Origin: Candidatus Omnitrophota bacterium
GTDB taxonomy: Bacteria > Omnitrophota > Gorgyraeia > Gygaellales > Profunditerraquicolaceae
NCBI GenBank assembly: GCA_963805065.1
Contig: CAWDSS010000010.1
Span: 600,359-664,358 of the forward strand
DNA: 64,000 nt
Direction of reading: 5' to 3'
Shown here: positions 53,963 through 63,137 of the stretch, piece by piece
Numbering within the stretch: position 1 is the stretch's first letter
Layout: every line of letters starts with the position of its first letter
Program-made: the position numbers and the translations under genes
Notes under the pieces: generated by a model
Seen by the model: only the letters and a program-made list of their open reading frames with translations
Told to the model about the DNA's origin: nothing
Databases searched by the model: none

Positions 53963-54877
53963 TTATATAGCAAGAGAGCCTATAGTGTCCTTAATACTAC
54001 TGATTTTATTTTGTAATAAATATTCCTTTAGCCCGTAGATTATATCGATGCTTACTTTGGGATTAATAAAATTAGCAGTGCCTATTGCTACGGCAGTTGC
54101 TCCGGCAATAAAAAATTCTAAGGCACTTGAAACATCCATGATGCCGCCCATGCCGATGATAGGGATTTTTATCTTCTGATAAACCTGCCAGACCATTCTT
54201 ACTGCCACCGGCCTGATTGCCGGGCCGCTTAACCCTGCGGTTACGCAGGCAATTCGCGGCTCTCTTTTGGTTACGTCTATGCTCATGCCTGTTAATGTAT
54301 TAATCAAAGAAACTGCGTCGCTACCGGCGGATTCCGATGCTTTGGCAATCTCGGTTATATCCGTAACATTGGGCGAAAGCTTGGTAATCAACACCTTGTG
54401 CGTAACTTTGCGTACTGCTGTTATTAAATCATGGGTTGCTTTTGCATCCTGTGATATCAATTGCGGGCTTTTTATGTTCGGGCAGGATATGTTTAATTCC
54501 ACAGCGGCAATTTCTGTTATTTTGTCTAAAATTCTAGCCAGGGTTACAAATTCTTTTGGGTCGCCTTCAGAGGCGATGCTTACGATTATCGGGCAGCCAA
54601 GCTTTACCAAATGCGGCAATTTATGTTTTAAAAATGAATCTGCTCCGGGATTTTCCAAGCCGATAGAATTAAGCATGCCTGCGGGAGTTTCGCAGGTGCG
54701 CGGCGAGGGATTACCGATTCTGGGCTTAATAGTAATGGTTTTTGTTACAATAGCCCCCAATTTCTTCACATCAAAAAAATCCTTAAATTCCTCGGCATAG
54801 CCGAATGTTCCGGAGGCAACCATTACGGGATTACTTAATTTAAGCTTACCTATATTTACTGATGTATCGATAGACAT
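53963..54877 (-). CDS. pyrD: Dihydroorotate dehydrogenase catalytic subunit (class 1B)
   Basis: NPVMVASGTFGY, NSIGLENPG, ELNISCPN, GLSGPAIRPVA, IIGMGGI motifs. Confidence 0.92.
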   Translation of the reverse strand: MSIDTSVNIGKLKLSNPVMVASGTFGYAEEFKDFFDVKKLGAIVTKTITIKPRIGNPSPRTCETPAGMLNSIGLENPGADSFLKHKLPHLVKLGCPIIVSIASEGDPKEFVTLARILDKITEIAAVELNISCPNIKSPQLISQDAKATHDLITAVRKVTHKVLITKLSPNVTDITEIAKASESAGSDAVSLINTLTGMSIDVTKREPRIACVTAGLSGPAIRPVAVRMVWQVYQKIKIPIIGMGGIMDVSSALEFFIAGATAVAIGTANFINPKVSIDIIYGLKEYLLQNKISSIKDTIGSLAI

Positions 54878-54882
54878 TTGTT

Positions 54883-56031
54883 TTAAAAGCTGGGTTCAAT
54901 ACAAAGTATTTTGTATTTTTTAAAATCCTTCAACCCCCCCTGGATAAAACTTAAATTCGTTAAATACTTCATTTTGCACCAGAACCAGAATTTATTCGTC
55001 GGCTCCATGCTGAAATTCCATTTTACATACTGGTAGGCAAAATAGAGCGTCAGCAGAAATGCTACGATAGTAAAAAGCTTTAACCCGATTCCTGATGCAA
55101 ACAAACTAAATATCAAACCAATTATGGAAACCAAGCCAAACAGATGCATGAGATGAAAATTGCCAATGTAGACAAAGCCTCGCAGGGGAAACGGCAGAAT
55201 AAATGAAGGGTTCCCTTTTAAAAATTGCAGGTTAACCTGCAGTCCCTTCTTAATTACATACTTGTCAATCAAAGGTAAATGTGCCTGGCCATAAGTCACC
55301 CAGACTTTACGCAGCGCCTTTAAATCTGCCCTGTGCATATGGTCAACTTTTGCCTTGGGAGCAAAATAAAATTTCCAGCCACGGCTGCGGTGCTGATAGC
55401 TTAAATCCATATCCTCACCAGTCGGCCTTTCCCAAAACTTGGCACCCAATGATTGCATTGCAGACCTGCGGTACGTCACATTACAAGTGCCGAAGAAATA
55501 TGCCTTGTGCCCCCCGATATCAACGGGTTTGGGGTTTTTGGGAAAATCCGGGTAATAGCCTTCTTTAATAAATCCGTAGCGGGGGCTAACCATATTAAAA
55601 CGGAAATGCTGACACCATGCCTCTACCAGATTATCGGGATCGACCTTTAAAGTATAGACCTCTCCTCCTACTGCAGCGATTAATTCATCCCGCTGAAAGT
55701 GCCGCAGCATTTCTTTTATCCAGTTTTTATCCGGAGCGCAGTCTGCGTCCGTAAAAAACAGGAACTCTCCTTTAACAACCTCGAGCGCTTTATTGCGGGC
55801 AAACCCCGGAGAAGGGCAATTCGGCACTTCTACTAATTTTATAAACGGGTATTTTACCTGCCAGCTCTTTATTATTTCAATCGTCTTATCGCTGGAGCCG
55901 CCGTCGGCAATTACCCATTCCCAAGAGTCGTGCGGGTAATCGACATTAAGCAAATAATCAAAGGTCTTCTCTATAGTGCGTTCGAAATTTTTTACCGGAA
56001 TAATTATGGAAACCAAAGGCATTGCGGGCAT
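54883..56031 (-). CDS. Family 2 glycosyltransferase with C-terminal membrane domain
   Basis: VSIIIPVKN, ADGGSSDKT, FTDADC (DXD) and GEDMDLS motifs, with C-terminal TM helices. It sits between pyrK and pyrD. Confidence 0.8.
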   Translation of the reverse strand: MPAMPLVSIIIPVKNFERTIEKTFDYLLNVDYPHDSWEWVIADGGSSDKTIEIIKSWQVKYPFIKLVEVPNCPSPGFARNKALEVVKGEFLFFTDADCAPDKNWIKEMLRHFQRDELIAAVGGEVYTLKVDPDNLVEAWCQHFRFNMVSPRYGFIKEGYYPDFPKNPKPVDIGGHKAYFFGTCNVTYRRSAMQSLGAKFWERPTGEDMDLSYQHRSRGWKFYFAPKAKVDHMHRADLKALRKVWVTYGQAHLPLIDKYVIKKGLQVNLQFLKGNPSFILPFPLRGFVYIGNFHLMHLFGLVSIIGLIFSLFASGIGLKLFTIVAFLLTLYFAYQYVKWNFSMEPTNKFWFWCKMKYLTNLSFIQGGLKDFKKYKILCIEPSF

Positions 56032-56043
56032 TTTACCCTCCTT

Positions 56044-56790
56044 CTACCAGATTATTTCATCCGCTAAAAATACAGGCCCCTCTTTACAGACCCGCTTAAA
56101 ACCATTCTTTGTATCTACGACACAGCCTAAACATGCGCCTATCCCGCAAGCCATGTGTTCTTCCAAAGAAATTTGCGCGGGGATTTTCAGGTTTTTAGAG
56201 ATTATGGCTATTTCTTTTAACATGGGTTTGGGACCGCAGGCGTAGATGGTCGATGGTCGCAAAACCTTCTTTAATAAATCCGTTACCCTGCCTTTGAAAC
56301 CCCTGGAACCGTCATCAGTAGCAATTTTGATTTCGCAGCCTAAATTTTTAAATTCCCTCTCGCATAATATTTGGTTTTTTGTTTTTGCGCCTATTAAAAC
56401 CAAGGGCTTATGTTTAGCCAGCTTTTTTGCTAAGAATACCAAGGGCGCAACGCCCATGCCTCCTGCTACGAGAACCGATAACCGAGAACCGAGAACCGAG
56501 AACCCATTGCCCAACGGCCCGATTATATCCGCATATTCTCCTTGTTTTCTTTGCGAAAATAACTCCGAGCCTTTGCCTACAACTTCATAAATAATCTCTA
56601 TGGATTTGCCTTTTGCTGCATGTATGCTAAACGGCCGCCTAAGAAGCGGGTCAAACCCTTCACCTACTTTTATATTCACAAATTGGCCAGCAGTTGCTGA
56701 CTTTGCAATATTAGCGGCTTGCAGGCAGCAATGAAAATAATTATTGCTGATTTTTGCGTTGTAAATTATTTTAGCTTTTGTTTGAAACAT
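56044..56790 (-). CDS. pyrK: Dihydroorotate dehydrogenase electron-transfer subunit
   Basis: RRPFSI (FAD binding), GPLGNGF, AGGMGVAPL, and the C-terminal 2Fe-2S motif MACGIGACLGCVV. The loop after GNGF is encoded by heptamer array 56470-56505. Confidence 0.88.
   Translation of the reverse strand: MFQTKAKIIYNAKISNNYFHCCLQAANIAKSATAGQFVNIKVGEGFDPLLRRPFSIHAAKGKSIEIIYEVVGKGSELFSQRKQGEYADIIGPLGNGFSVLGSRLSVLVAGGMGVAPLVFLAKKLAKHKPLVLIGAKTKNQILCEREFKNLGCEIKIATDDGSRGFKGRVTDLLKKVLRPSTIYACGPKPMLKEIAIISKNLKIPAQISLEEHMACGIGACLGCVVDTKNGFKRVCKEGPVFLADEIIW
56470..56505. repeat. Heptamer run (GAGAACC)x5 inside pyrK
   Basis: gagaaccgataaccgagaaccgagaaccgagaaccc, read as FSVLGSRLSVL between GPLGNG and VAGGMG. 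Confidence 0.85.
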
Positions 56791-57496
56791 CTATGCTCGA
56801 TGCAGTTGTTTTTTTGTTTAGATAAATTATAAATAGTGTAAACATCAGCAACACTATTAACATTAGCGCAAATTCCTTTAAGTATGCTGGCAACCCCTTG
56901 CTCCTAATATCCTCCCATGATTCTAATAATAGCGCAAGCAATAAAACTGTTATTATTGAGCCGATTTCTTTTTTTATCCATGATATCTTCAAGGGGAAAT
57001 ATTCTGAAAATTTCATTTTGCATAACGTGGCTAAAGACGGCAGGATACGGGGAACGCGCAGTTTATACTCCAGGTAATCTTTACCGAAAAGCGCTGTTAA
57101 TTTCCTTTCCTCTTCGTATGTAAGCAACATGTATCTTAGGAAAAAAATTGCCAGAAAAAGGAAAATCACCCACCAGCGAAATAACATCAGCACAATACCC
57201 AGGCCTATGAGCAGTATGCCTAGATACATGGGATTACGCACCAGCGAATAGGGCCCGCTTTGCAATAATACATTTCCTTGCTGTGAATGCTCTGCCTTAA
57301 AACCTCGCGCAGAAACACGCAGCAGCTGGCCGCAAATAATAAGGATAAGCCCCAGGGTTTCTATAATCATATCCGGATAACGCGCTTCATTTATTCTAAA
57401 AAATATTTTGTAAAATAAAACCAGCGCTACAACAGCCAAAAATATCAAGATCCCGTTAATCTTAAGGCGCTTCTTCATCTCTGGCACTTCGGGCAA
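56771..57496 (-). CDS. ICMT/PEMT-family membrane methyltransferase
   Basis: Polytopic membrane protein with LLQSGPYSLVRNPMYLGILLIGLGIVL, the hallmark of isoprenylcysteine carboxyl / phospholipid methyltransferase-like proteins, and the EERKL motif region. Confidence 0.7.
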   Translation of the reverse strand: MPEVPEMKKRLKINGILIFLAVVALVLFYKIFFRINEARYPDMIIETLGLILIICGQLLRVSARGFKAEHSQQGNVLLQSGPYSLVRNPMYLGILLIGLGIVLMLFRWWVIFLFLAIFFLRYMLLTYEEERKLTALFGKDYLEYKLRVPRILPSLATLCKMKFSEYFPLKISWIKKEIGSIITVLLLALLLESWEDIRSKGLPAYLKEFALMLIVLLMFTLFIIYLNKKTTASSIDVSNKS

Positions 57497-58275
57497 AAAT
57501 ACGTACCCCTTCCTCCCAAAGCAACCCGCTTGATGGGAGTTTTACAAACCAGGCAGGGTTTTCCTGCTCTGCCGTAAACCCGGTGGTATTTAACAAAGCT
57601 GCCCTGTTTACCTGAAAGCTGCACATATTGGTCTATAGATGAGCCTTTATGCTGTATTGCTTCGGTAAGCGTATCTTTTATTTCCTTAAACAGGAGCTCT
57701 TTCTCTTTATCGGATAATGCTGCAGCCGGCCTTTCAGGATGAATCCTCGCCCTAAACAACGCCTCAGCAGCATAGAGATTGCCTATCCCTGAAATAAATG
57801 TCTGGTCCATTAACAAGGGCTTGATTTTAGTTTTTTTAGCGCAAAGCTTTGCCTTAAACTGGCTGGCGGTTATATCAAAAGGCTCCGGCCCAAGCTCCCT
57901 GACAAATTTTAGATTATGCCAATTATCCACTAACCTTAATTCTCCCAGCAGCCTGCGGTCGTTAAAATCCAGGATTGAACCGCCGCAAAATCTAAAACTC
58001 ACACGGCTGGCCAAAGCATTTCCCGGATAAACAAGCTGGCCTGTCATTCTTAAGTGAATGGCCAAAGATTTTCCCGAGGACAATTCTAAAATCAAGAGCT
58101 TGCCTTTTCTTAAGATGGATTTTATAGTAACGTTCTTTAATGCCCTGACAAATTCTTCTTTCCCGGGTTCTTTTATCACCGCGGGGTTATTTATCACTAC
58201 ACCCGCGATTTTCTTGCCGCAAACTACTTTTTCTAATTCTCTTTTAATGGTCTCTACTTCCGGGAGCTCTGGCAT
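57475..58275 (-). CDS. mutM: Formamidopyrimidine-DNA glycosylase
   Basis: N-terminal MPELPEVETI, the H2TH region GIGNLYAAEALF, and the C-terminal zinc finger CLVCKTPI...GRGTYFCPKCQ. Confidence 0.92.
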   Translation of the reverse strand: MPELPEVETIKRELEKVVCGKKIAGVVINNPAVIKEPGKEEFVRALKNVTIKSILRKGKLLILELSSGKSLAIHLRMTGQLVYPGNALASRVSFRFCGGSILDFNDRRLLGELRLVDNWHNLKFVRELGPEPFDITASQFKAKLCAKKTKIKPLLMDQTFISGIGNLYAAEALFRARIHPERPAAALSDKEKELLFKEIKDTLTEAIQHKGSSIDQYVQLSGKQGSFVKYHRVYGRAGKPCLVCKTPIKRVALGGRGTYFCPKCQR

Positions 58276-58283
58276 AAAGTCTA

Positions 58284-58676
58284 TTAGCCTATTATTTTAA
58301 CCCAAACTTCTCTTGTGCGCGGGCCGTCGCCTTCGCAAAAATATATCCCCTGCCAGGTGCCTAATACTAATTCTCCTGACTCGATAAAAATATTTAAAGA
58401 AGCCCCGAATAAAGATGATTTAACGTGGCTGTCGGCATTTCCCTCTGAGTGAGCATATCCGGCATTCTCAGGCACAAGTTTATTCAGTGCATTTATAATA
58501 TCTCGCTGCACAGAAGGGTCTGCGTTTTCATTAATAGTCAAACCGGCTGTGGTATGCGGGCAAAACACAAAACATACGCCTTGCTTAATTTTGCATTTAG
58601 AAACTATTGTTTGTATATCCCGGGTAATATCTACTAAGTCTATGCGTTTAGCTGTTTTTATATTAATTTTCTCCAT
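58284..58676 (-). CDS. yjbQ: YjbQ/UPF0047 family (secondary thiamine-phosphate synthase) protein
   Basis: 130 aa; HTTAGLTINENADPSVQRD and GNADSHVKSSLFG motifs. Confidence 0.85.
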   Translation of the reverse strand: MEKINIKTAKRIDLVDITRDIQTIVSKCKIKQGVCFVFCPHTTAGLTINENADPSVQRDIINALNKLVPENAGYAHSEGNADSHVKSSLFGASLNIFIESGELVLGTWQGIYFCEGDGPRTREVWVKIIG

Positions 58677-58682
58677 ATTGAC

Positions 58683-58758
58683 GTTTTAGGTTTTGCGTTG
58701 CAGTTTTGCCTTTTTCCTTTTTACTTTTACCTTTTTGCTTTTTACTTTTTCCTTTTTA
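58683..58758. repeat. Second heptamer family, long run
   Basis: gttttaggttttgcgttgcagttttgcctttttcctttttacttttacctttttgctttttacttttt, which encodes the carB tail [23 protein letters not shown]. Confidence 0.85.
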
Positions 58759-60302
58759 TAGTAGCTTTGCAACGAATTCACTTCCAGCTTCTCTTGTATC
58801 AACGCCTCTATGCCGTTAACCGTTGCCTGTGCCCCGGAAATTGTAGTGGTGTAAGGAATGTTACAGGCGATAACCTGCGAACGAATCTTTACTTCATCTT
58901 GCCTGGGAATTCTTCCCGTGGGAGTATTGATTACCAATTGAATTTTCCCGTCTTTCATAAGATCCAGGACATTGGGTCTGCCTTCGGCGATTTTTGGCAG
59001 CACCTTTACCTCTATATTGTTTCTTTCTAATGCCGCGGCAGTGCCTGAAGAGGCATAGAGATGAAATCCCAGGTCTTTTAATTTTTTGGCAATGAACACG
59101 ACCGCCCTTTTATCTTTGTCTCTTACTGAAATAAACACATTGCCTTTTTTAGGAAGGTTTTGGCCGGCGGCAATCTGGCTTTTAATGTAAGCCTGGCCAA
59201 AATCCTTGCCAATACCCATTACCTCGCCTGTTGATTTCATCTCCGGCCCTAAAATTATATCTACTCCGGCAAAGCGGTTAAAAGGAAACACGGATTCTTT
59301 AACTGACACATGTTTTGGGATGATTTCCTGTGTAATACCCAGGTCTTTAAGCTTCTTACCCAACATGACCTTGGTTGCCAGTTTTGCCAACGGCACTCCT
59401 ATTGCCTTGGAAACAAAAGGAACTGTCCTGGATGCGCGCGGATTAACCTCTAATACATAAACTTTTTCATCTTTTACTGCATATTGGACATTCATTAGCC
59501 CTGTAACGCTCAATTCCTTTGCCATTTTATACGTAGCTTCACGGATTTTATTGAGTATTCCGGCGGACAGTGTATAAGTAGGCAACGCCATCGCTGAATC
59601 TCCCGAATGAATACCCGCCTCCTCTATATGCTCCATAATCCCGCCGATAACAAATGTGTCTCCGTCGCCGATTAAATCCACGTCTACTTCAATAGCATCC
59701 TCTAAAAATTTATCGATTAATACGGGATGTTCTCCTGAAACTTCAGCTGCTTCTTTGATAAAGCGCTCCAGGGTAGACTCTTCATAAACTATCTCCATTG
59801 CCCTGCCCCCTAAAACATAAGAAGGCCTTACTAAAACCGGGTAACCGATTTTTTGCGCTACTTCTTTTGCTTCCGGAAAAGTAAAGGCTGTGCCGTTTGC
59901 AGGCTGCAAGAGATTTAACTTTTCTAGCATCTGCTTGAAACGCTTTCTGTCTTCGGCAATATCAATGCTGTCTGCGCTTGTCCCCAAAAGGTTTACTCCC
60001 GCCTTACGCAAAGGCACTGCCAGATTAAGCGGCGTCTGACCTCCAAATTGTACAATTACTCCCACAGGCTTTTCAAGTTTAATGATACTCATAATATCTT
60101 CGAAGGTAAGCGGCTCAAAATAAAGCCTGTCTGAAGTATCATAATCAGTAGAAACTGTCTCCGGGTTACAATTAACCATAATACTGTCTATGCCTTCTTC
60201 TTTGAGGGCATATGCTGCATGGCAGCAGCAATAATCAAACTCAATACCCTGCCCGATTCTATTCGGGCCGCCACCTAAGATAATTACACATTTTTTAGCC
60301 AT
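58686..60302 (-). CDS. carB: Carbamoyl-phosphate synthase large subunit, C-terminal half (second ATP-grasp plus MGS-like domain)
   Basis: Collinear with E. coli CarB from about residue 555: [85 protein letters not shown]. It starts cleanly at MAKK, with no N-terminal half adjacent. Its Lys-rich tail is encoded by heptamer array 58683-58758. Confidence 0.9.
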   Translation of the reverse strand: MAKKCVIILGGGPNRIGQGIEFDYCCCHAAYALKEEGIDSIMVNCNPETVSTDYDTSDRLYFEPLTFEDIMSIIKLEKPVGVIVQFGGQTPLNLAVPLRKAGVNLLGTSADSIDIAEDRKRFKQMLEKLNLLQPANGTAFTFPEAKEVAQKIGYPVLVRPSYVLGGRAMEIVYEESTLERFIKEAAEVSGEHPVLIDKFLEDAIEVDVDLIGDGDTFVIGGIMEHIEEAGIHSGDSAMALPTYTLSAGILNKIREATYKMAKELSVTGLMNVQYAVKDEKVYVLEVNPRASRTVPFVSKAIGVPLAKLATKVMLGKKLKDLGITQEIIPKHVSVKESVFPFNRFAGVDIILGPEMKSTGEVMGIGKDFGQAYIKSQIAAGQNLPKKGNVFISVRDKDKRAVVFIAKKLKDLGFHLYASSGTAAALERNNIEVKVLPKIAEGRPNVLDLMKDGKIQLVINTPTGRIPRQDEVKIRSQVIACNIPYTTTISGAQATVNGIEALIQEKLEVNSLQSYYKKEKVKSKKVKVKRKKAKLQRKT

Positions 60303-60327
60303 TTTTCTTACCCATTATTTTTTTAAT

Positions 60328-60389
60328 AAAAGGGGACGTTTCTATTTTTCCATTAACTTGGAGACGTTAAAAATAGAAACGTCCCCTTT
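60328..60389. repeat. REP doublet
   Basis: Same arms; lies between the TIGR00725-like gene and carB. Confidence 0.9.
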
Positions 60390-60849
60390 ATTTTATTTTT
60401 CTCAATAGCTCCTCAATCTTACCAATTGTCTCATCAACTGTTTTTACCTTTATTACACCCGGCATATCCCAGGAATTTAAGCTGATTACCGGTATGCCAA
60501 ATTGCAGGCAATAGGCAATTTCTGAAAGCGTTCCTGCCTCTCCAGGCAAAGCAACCACCACATCTGCAGCCTTAACTACTAATACATTTCGAGCTAATCC
60601 TAAACCTGTAGGTATCACAATATCCACAAATTCATTGGCGTCATTTTTATCGTAACTTGGTATAATACCTATAGTTATGCCACCTCCAGCCTTAAATCCT
60701 TGACAAACTGCCTTCATTGTCCCACTTAAGCCACCAGATACGAGAATATCTACCACTTTTGCGAGTTTTTTGCCTAAATCTTGGGCTAATTGCTCCACTT
60801 CCTTATTGCATTTATGCCCGCCTATTACACTTATGACTCTTTTTCGCAT
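60388..60849 (-). CDS. TIGR00725/LOG-like Rossmann-fold protein
   Basis: ISVIGG...VSGGLSGTMKAVCQGFKAGGGITIGIIP...PGEAGTLSEI pattern. Confidence 0.7.
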   Translation of the reverse strand: MRKRVISVIGGHKCNKEVEQLAQDLGKKLAKVVDILVSGGLSGTMKAVCQGFKAGGGITIGIIPSYDKNDANEFVDIVIPTGLGLARNVLVVKAADVVVALPGEAGTLSEIAYCLQFGIPVISLNSWDMPGVIKVKTVDETIGKIEELLRKIK

Positions 60850-60862
60850 GCTTTGTTCTTAA

Positions 60863-60934
60863 TGCGCCTGGCGGGAATCGAACCTGCACACCCAGCTCCG
60901 GAGGCTGGTGCCCTATCCATTGGGCCACAGGCGC
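60863..60934 (-). tRNA. tRNA-Arg (anticodon CCG)
   Basis: Reverse complement GCGCCTGTGGCCCAATGGATAGGGCACCAGCCTCCGGAGCTGGGTGTGCAGGTTCGATTCCCGCCAGGCGCA. Anticodon stem CCAGC/GCTGG with loop CTCCGGA; GGTTCGATTCC T-loop; CCA not encoded. Confidence 0.9.
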
Positions 60935-61407
60935 GTAACCTCTTTTATCTTGGCTAAAACAAACTCGTTTTCCTTAACCCGAAACTGTGGGATGGAAAAT
61001 TTTTTAAACTCCTTAACCCCTTGTTTACTCAGCAACTCCTGCATGTAATTTTGGCAGCGGTTTACTCCTGTGCCACTGCCATGGGTTGTAAAGATAACCG
61101 CACTTTTTCCTGCTACGCCTGATACCTTATCTAAATAGGTATTAATTGCAGGCGTAGGGCTAAAAGCCCACACCGGAGTACCAACGCAGATTAAATCATA
61201 AGCGGATAAATCATAATTTGTTTCCTGAATGGCCGCCTTTTCATGCCTGAATGCCTTTTTGCATTGGCTAAGAAATTTTCCGTCTTCATTCAGGTCTTTT
61301 AATTCTATGGTTACTACCTCGCCTTTTTCTTTCAAGCACTCTGATAAACCTTGCGCAACTTTCTTCGTGTTACCGCTAAAAGAATAGTAAATAATTACGC
61401 TTTTCAT
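60913..61407 (-). CDS. Flavodoxin-family protein
   Basis: MKSVIIYYSFSGNTKKVAQ FMN-binding start and GTPVWAFSP. The last 7 codons overlap the 5' part of tRNA-Arg. Confidence 0.75.
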   Translation of the reverse strand: MKSVIIYYSFSGNTKKVAQGLSECLKEKGEVVTIELKDLNEDGKFLSQCKKAFRHEKAAIQETNYDLSAYDLICVGTPVWAFSPTPAINTYLDKVSGVAGKSAVIFTTHGSGTGVNRCQNYMQELLSKQGVKEFKKFSIPQFRVKENEFVLAKIKEVTRLWPNG

Positions 61408-61408
61408 T

Positions 61409-62647
61409 TTAGAATAAGCTTAACTGCTGCTCTCCTTTTTCCTCTCCCTGGTCTTTGCCAAGTATGGAAATAGTCCCATATTCTCCGTCGAAACCGGCGT
61501 TTATGTCCACCTTGCCTTCACGCACCCTTATTACGCCTTGCGCTATTTTAGGAGGCAGGCCCTTAATCAATTCCTCTTTAGAAGCCCGAAGCAGTATTTC
61601 AAACTCCGTGCCGAATTTCGCCACTACAGACATGTAATCTTTCTCCACTGCCACAGAACCCTTACCCACTCCTCTTGCCTCTGCAATAATTTCATCCAGA
61701 GGAATAAGATTTTTAAACGGCATGGCATTGGCAGGGTGAAAACCTTCCTGCCTGTCAGATAATTGCTCTACCCGGTTCATTACTCCCACTGTTACAGGCT
61801 TGCCGCATTTTGGGCAAATATTTTTATGTTGCTTTGTTTCTGTGGGCGAGAAACGCACTCCGCAAAGCCTGTGGCCGTCAAAATGATATTTACCCTCTTC
61901 GGGAAAGAATTCAATTGTGTATAAGAACCTCTTTTTGTCTTTGGTCCTTAAAACCTCCCTTATGGTTTTATAGTCCAATTCGCAATCAAACACATTTGCC
62001 TCGCGCCCAATTTTTTGCGGGCTGTGGCTGTCCGAATTGCTGATTAAGGTAAATTTGTCCAGGGCGCTTAGCCTCCAGTTCATCGCCGGATCCGACGACA
62101 AGCCTGTTTCTAATGCAAAAATCTTTGGTGTTTGTTCTTCAAAACAATCTTCTATCCTATCAAACCCGGACATCGAGCCAAATAAAGAAAACCAGGGCGT
62201 CCAGATGTGTCCGGGGACAACCATGCAATTCTCATCAATGTCAAAAACTATGCGCGCAAGCTCTGCTGCATCTAATCCCAGTATCGGCCGTCCGTCGCTG
62301 GATAGATTGCCCATGCGGCCCAAGGTTTCATTTATCTTATCCGTAGTCTTAAATGAAGGGCTGAAAACCATGTTGTGGATACGGTAGGTTTTGCCTTTTT
62401 TGGAATAAATGCTACTGATTTCTGAGGTAAGGATAAAATAAACGCCCTGGTATCTAAACAAGCCGTTGCCTAAATCTTCCAGGTTGTGCTTACATTCCTC
62501 AAGCCACAAATGATGTGTAAAGTCACCCGTGCCCATTAAAGTAATGCCCTTTAATTTGGCCCATTGCGCAAGGTGCTTGATATCCATATCCTTGCTTGTG
62601 GCGCGGGAATATTTAGAATGAATGTGAAAGTCGGCTATAAATTCCAT
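61409..62647 (-). CDS. Endonuclease Q-like PHP-domain protein (TIGR00375-type)
   Basis: ADFHIHSKYSRATSKDM, GTGDFTHHLW, NSDSHSP and the zinc-finger-like CPKCGKPVTVGVMNRV. Confidence 0.65.
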   Translation of the reverse strand: MEFIADFHIHSKYSRATSKDMDIKHLAQWAKLKGITLMGTGDFTHHLWLEECKHNLEDLGNGLFRYQGVYFILTSEISSIYSKKGKTYRIHNMVFSPSFKTTDKINETLGRMGNLSSDGRPILGLDAAELARIVFDIDENCMVVPGHIWTPWFSLFGSMSGFDRIEDCFEEQTPKIFALETGLSSDPAMNWRLSALDKFTLISNSDSHSPQKIGREANVFDCELDYKTIREVLRTKDKKRFLYTIEFFPEEGKYHFDGHRLCGVRFSPTETKQHKNICPKCGKPVTVGVMNRVEQLSDRQEGFHPANAMPFKNLIPLDEIIAEARGVGKGSVAVEKDYMSVVAKFGTEFEILLRASKEELIKGLPPKIAQGVIRVREGKVDINAGFDGEYGTISILGKDQGEEKGEQQLSLF

Positions 62648-62648
62648 A

Positions 62649-62678
62649 CTTTTACCTTTTTGCTTTTACGTTTTAACT
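62649..62678. repeat. Second heptamer family
   Basis: cttttac ctttttg cttttac gttttaa, lying between the endonuclease-Q-like and Mut7-C genes. Confidence 0.75.
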
Positions 62679-63137
62679 TGAGGCATTGATGCCTATCTCT
62701 TCTAAGCAATGCCGCACATTGCCCCAGTGCGTCCCCTGCCAGTATATGCGCTTACATTTTGGACAGGTGATAAAATCTTTTTGCGTTTGAAATACGTATT
62801 CGGGAACCTTATCTTTCACTTTATCTTTCTCAATGCCTTCTAACTTTTCGTTACAGATAATGCAGCGCGTAAACATCTCCTGGGATTTCGGTTTTATCTT
62901 TAACGCGCCTAAAATTTCCGCAAGCTGCTCTTTAATTCTTTCTTCCCCAATGACCACAATCCTGATTCCTGCGGACCTGGGTAAACGGTGGTTTCTGCTA
63001 ATAATAATGCGCTCGCTTCTTAATGCTTCAATAATCAAAGAGCTTAAGTTGCCCTGCTTAAAATATTCTGTGTCAAACCCCAGAATCCTTAGCCACTTGG
63101 CCAGCCGGCCTAATTCTTTTGTAAGCAGTAATTTCAT
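62673..63137 (-). CDS. Mut7-C RNase-domain protein
   Basis: LGRLAKWLRILGFDT near the N-terminus and the C-terminal CIICNEKL...CPKCKRIYWQGTHW zinc-ribbon pattern. Confidence 0.7.
   Translation of the reverse strand: MKLLLTKELGRLAKWLRILGFDTEYFKQGNLSSLIIEALRSERIIISRNHRLPRSAGIRIVVIGEERIKEQLAEILGALKIKPKSQEMFTRCIICNEKLEGIEKDKVKDKVPEYVFQTQKDFITCPKCKRIYWQGTHWGNVRHCLEEIGINASS

Noticed and set aside
58686-60302. carB fragment as a pseudogene left by truncation
   Set aside because: The ORF begins exactly at the natural domain boundary with a proper start. All catalytic motifs of the second ATP-grasp and the allosteric domain are intact, and split carB genes are known elsewhere. It is treated as a functional split gene pending a search for the other half.
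60913-60934. 22-nt overlap between the flavodoxin ORF 3' end and the tRNA-Arg 5' half as a sign of mis-annotation or gene fusion
   Set aside because: The tRNA cloverleaf is complete and the flavodoxin domain is complete well before the overlap. The last residues (…RLWPNG) are probably fortuitous read-through to the first stop. Noted only as a curiosity.
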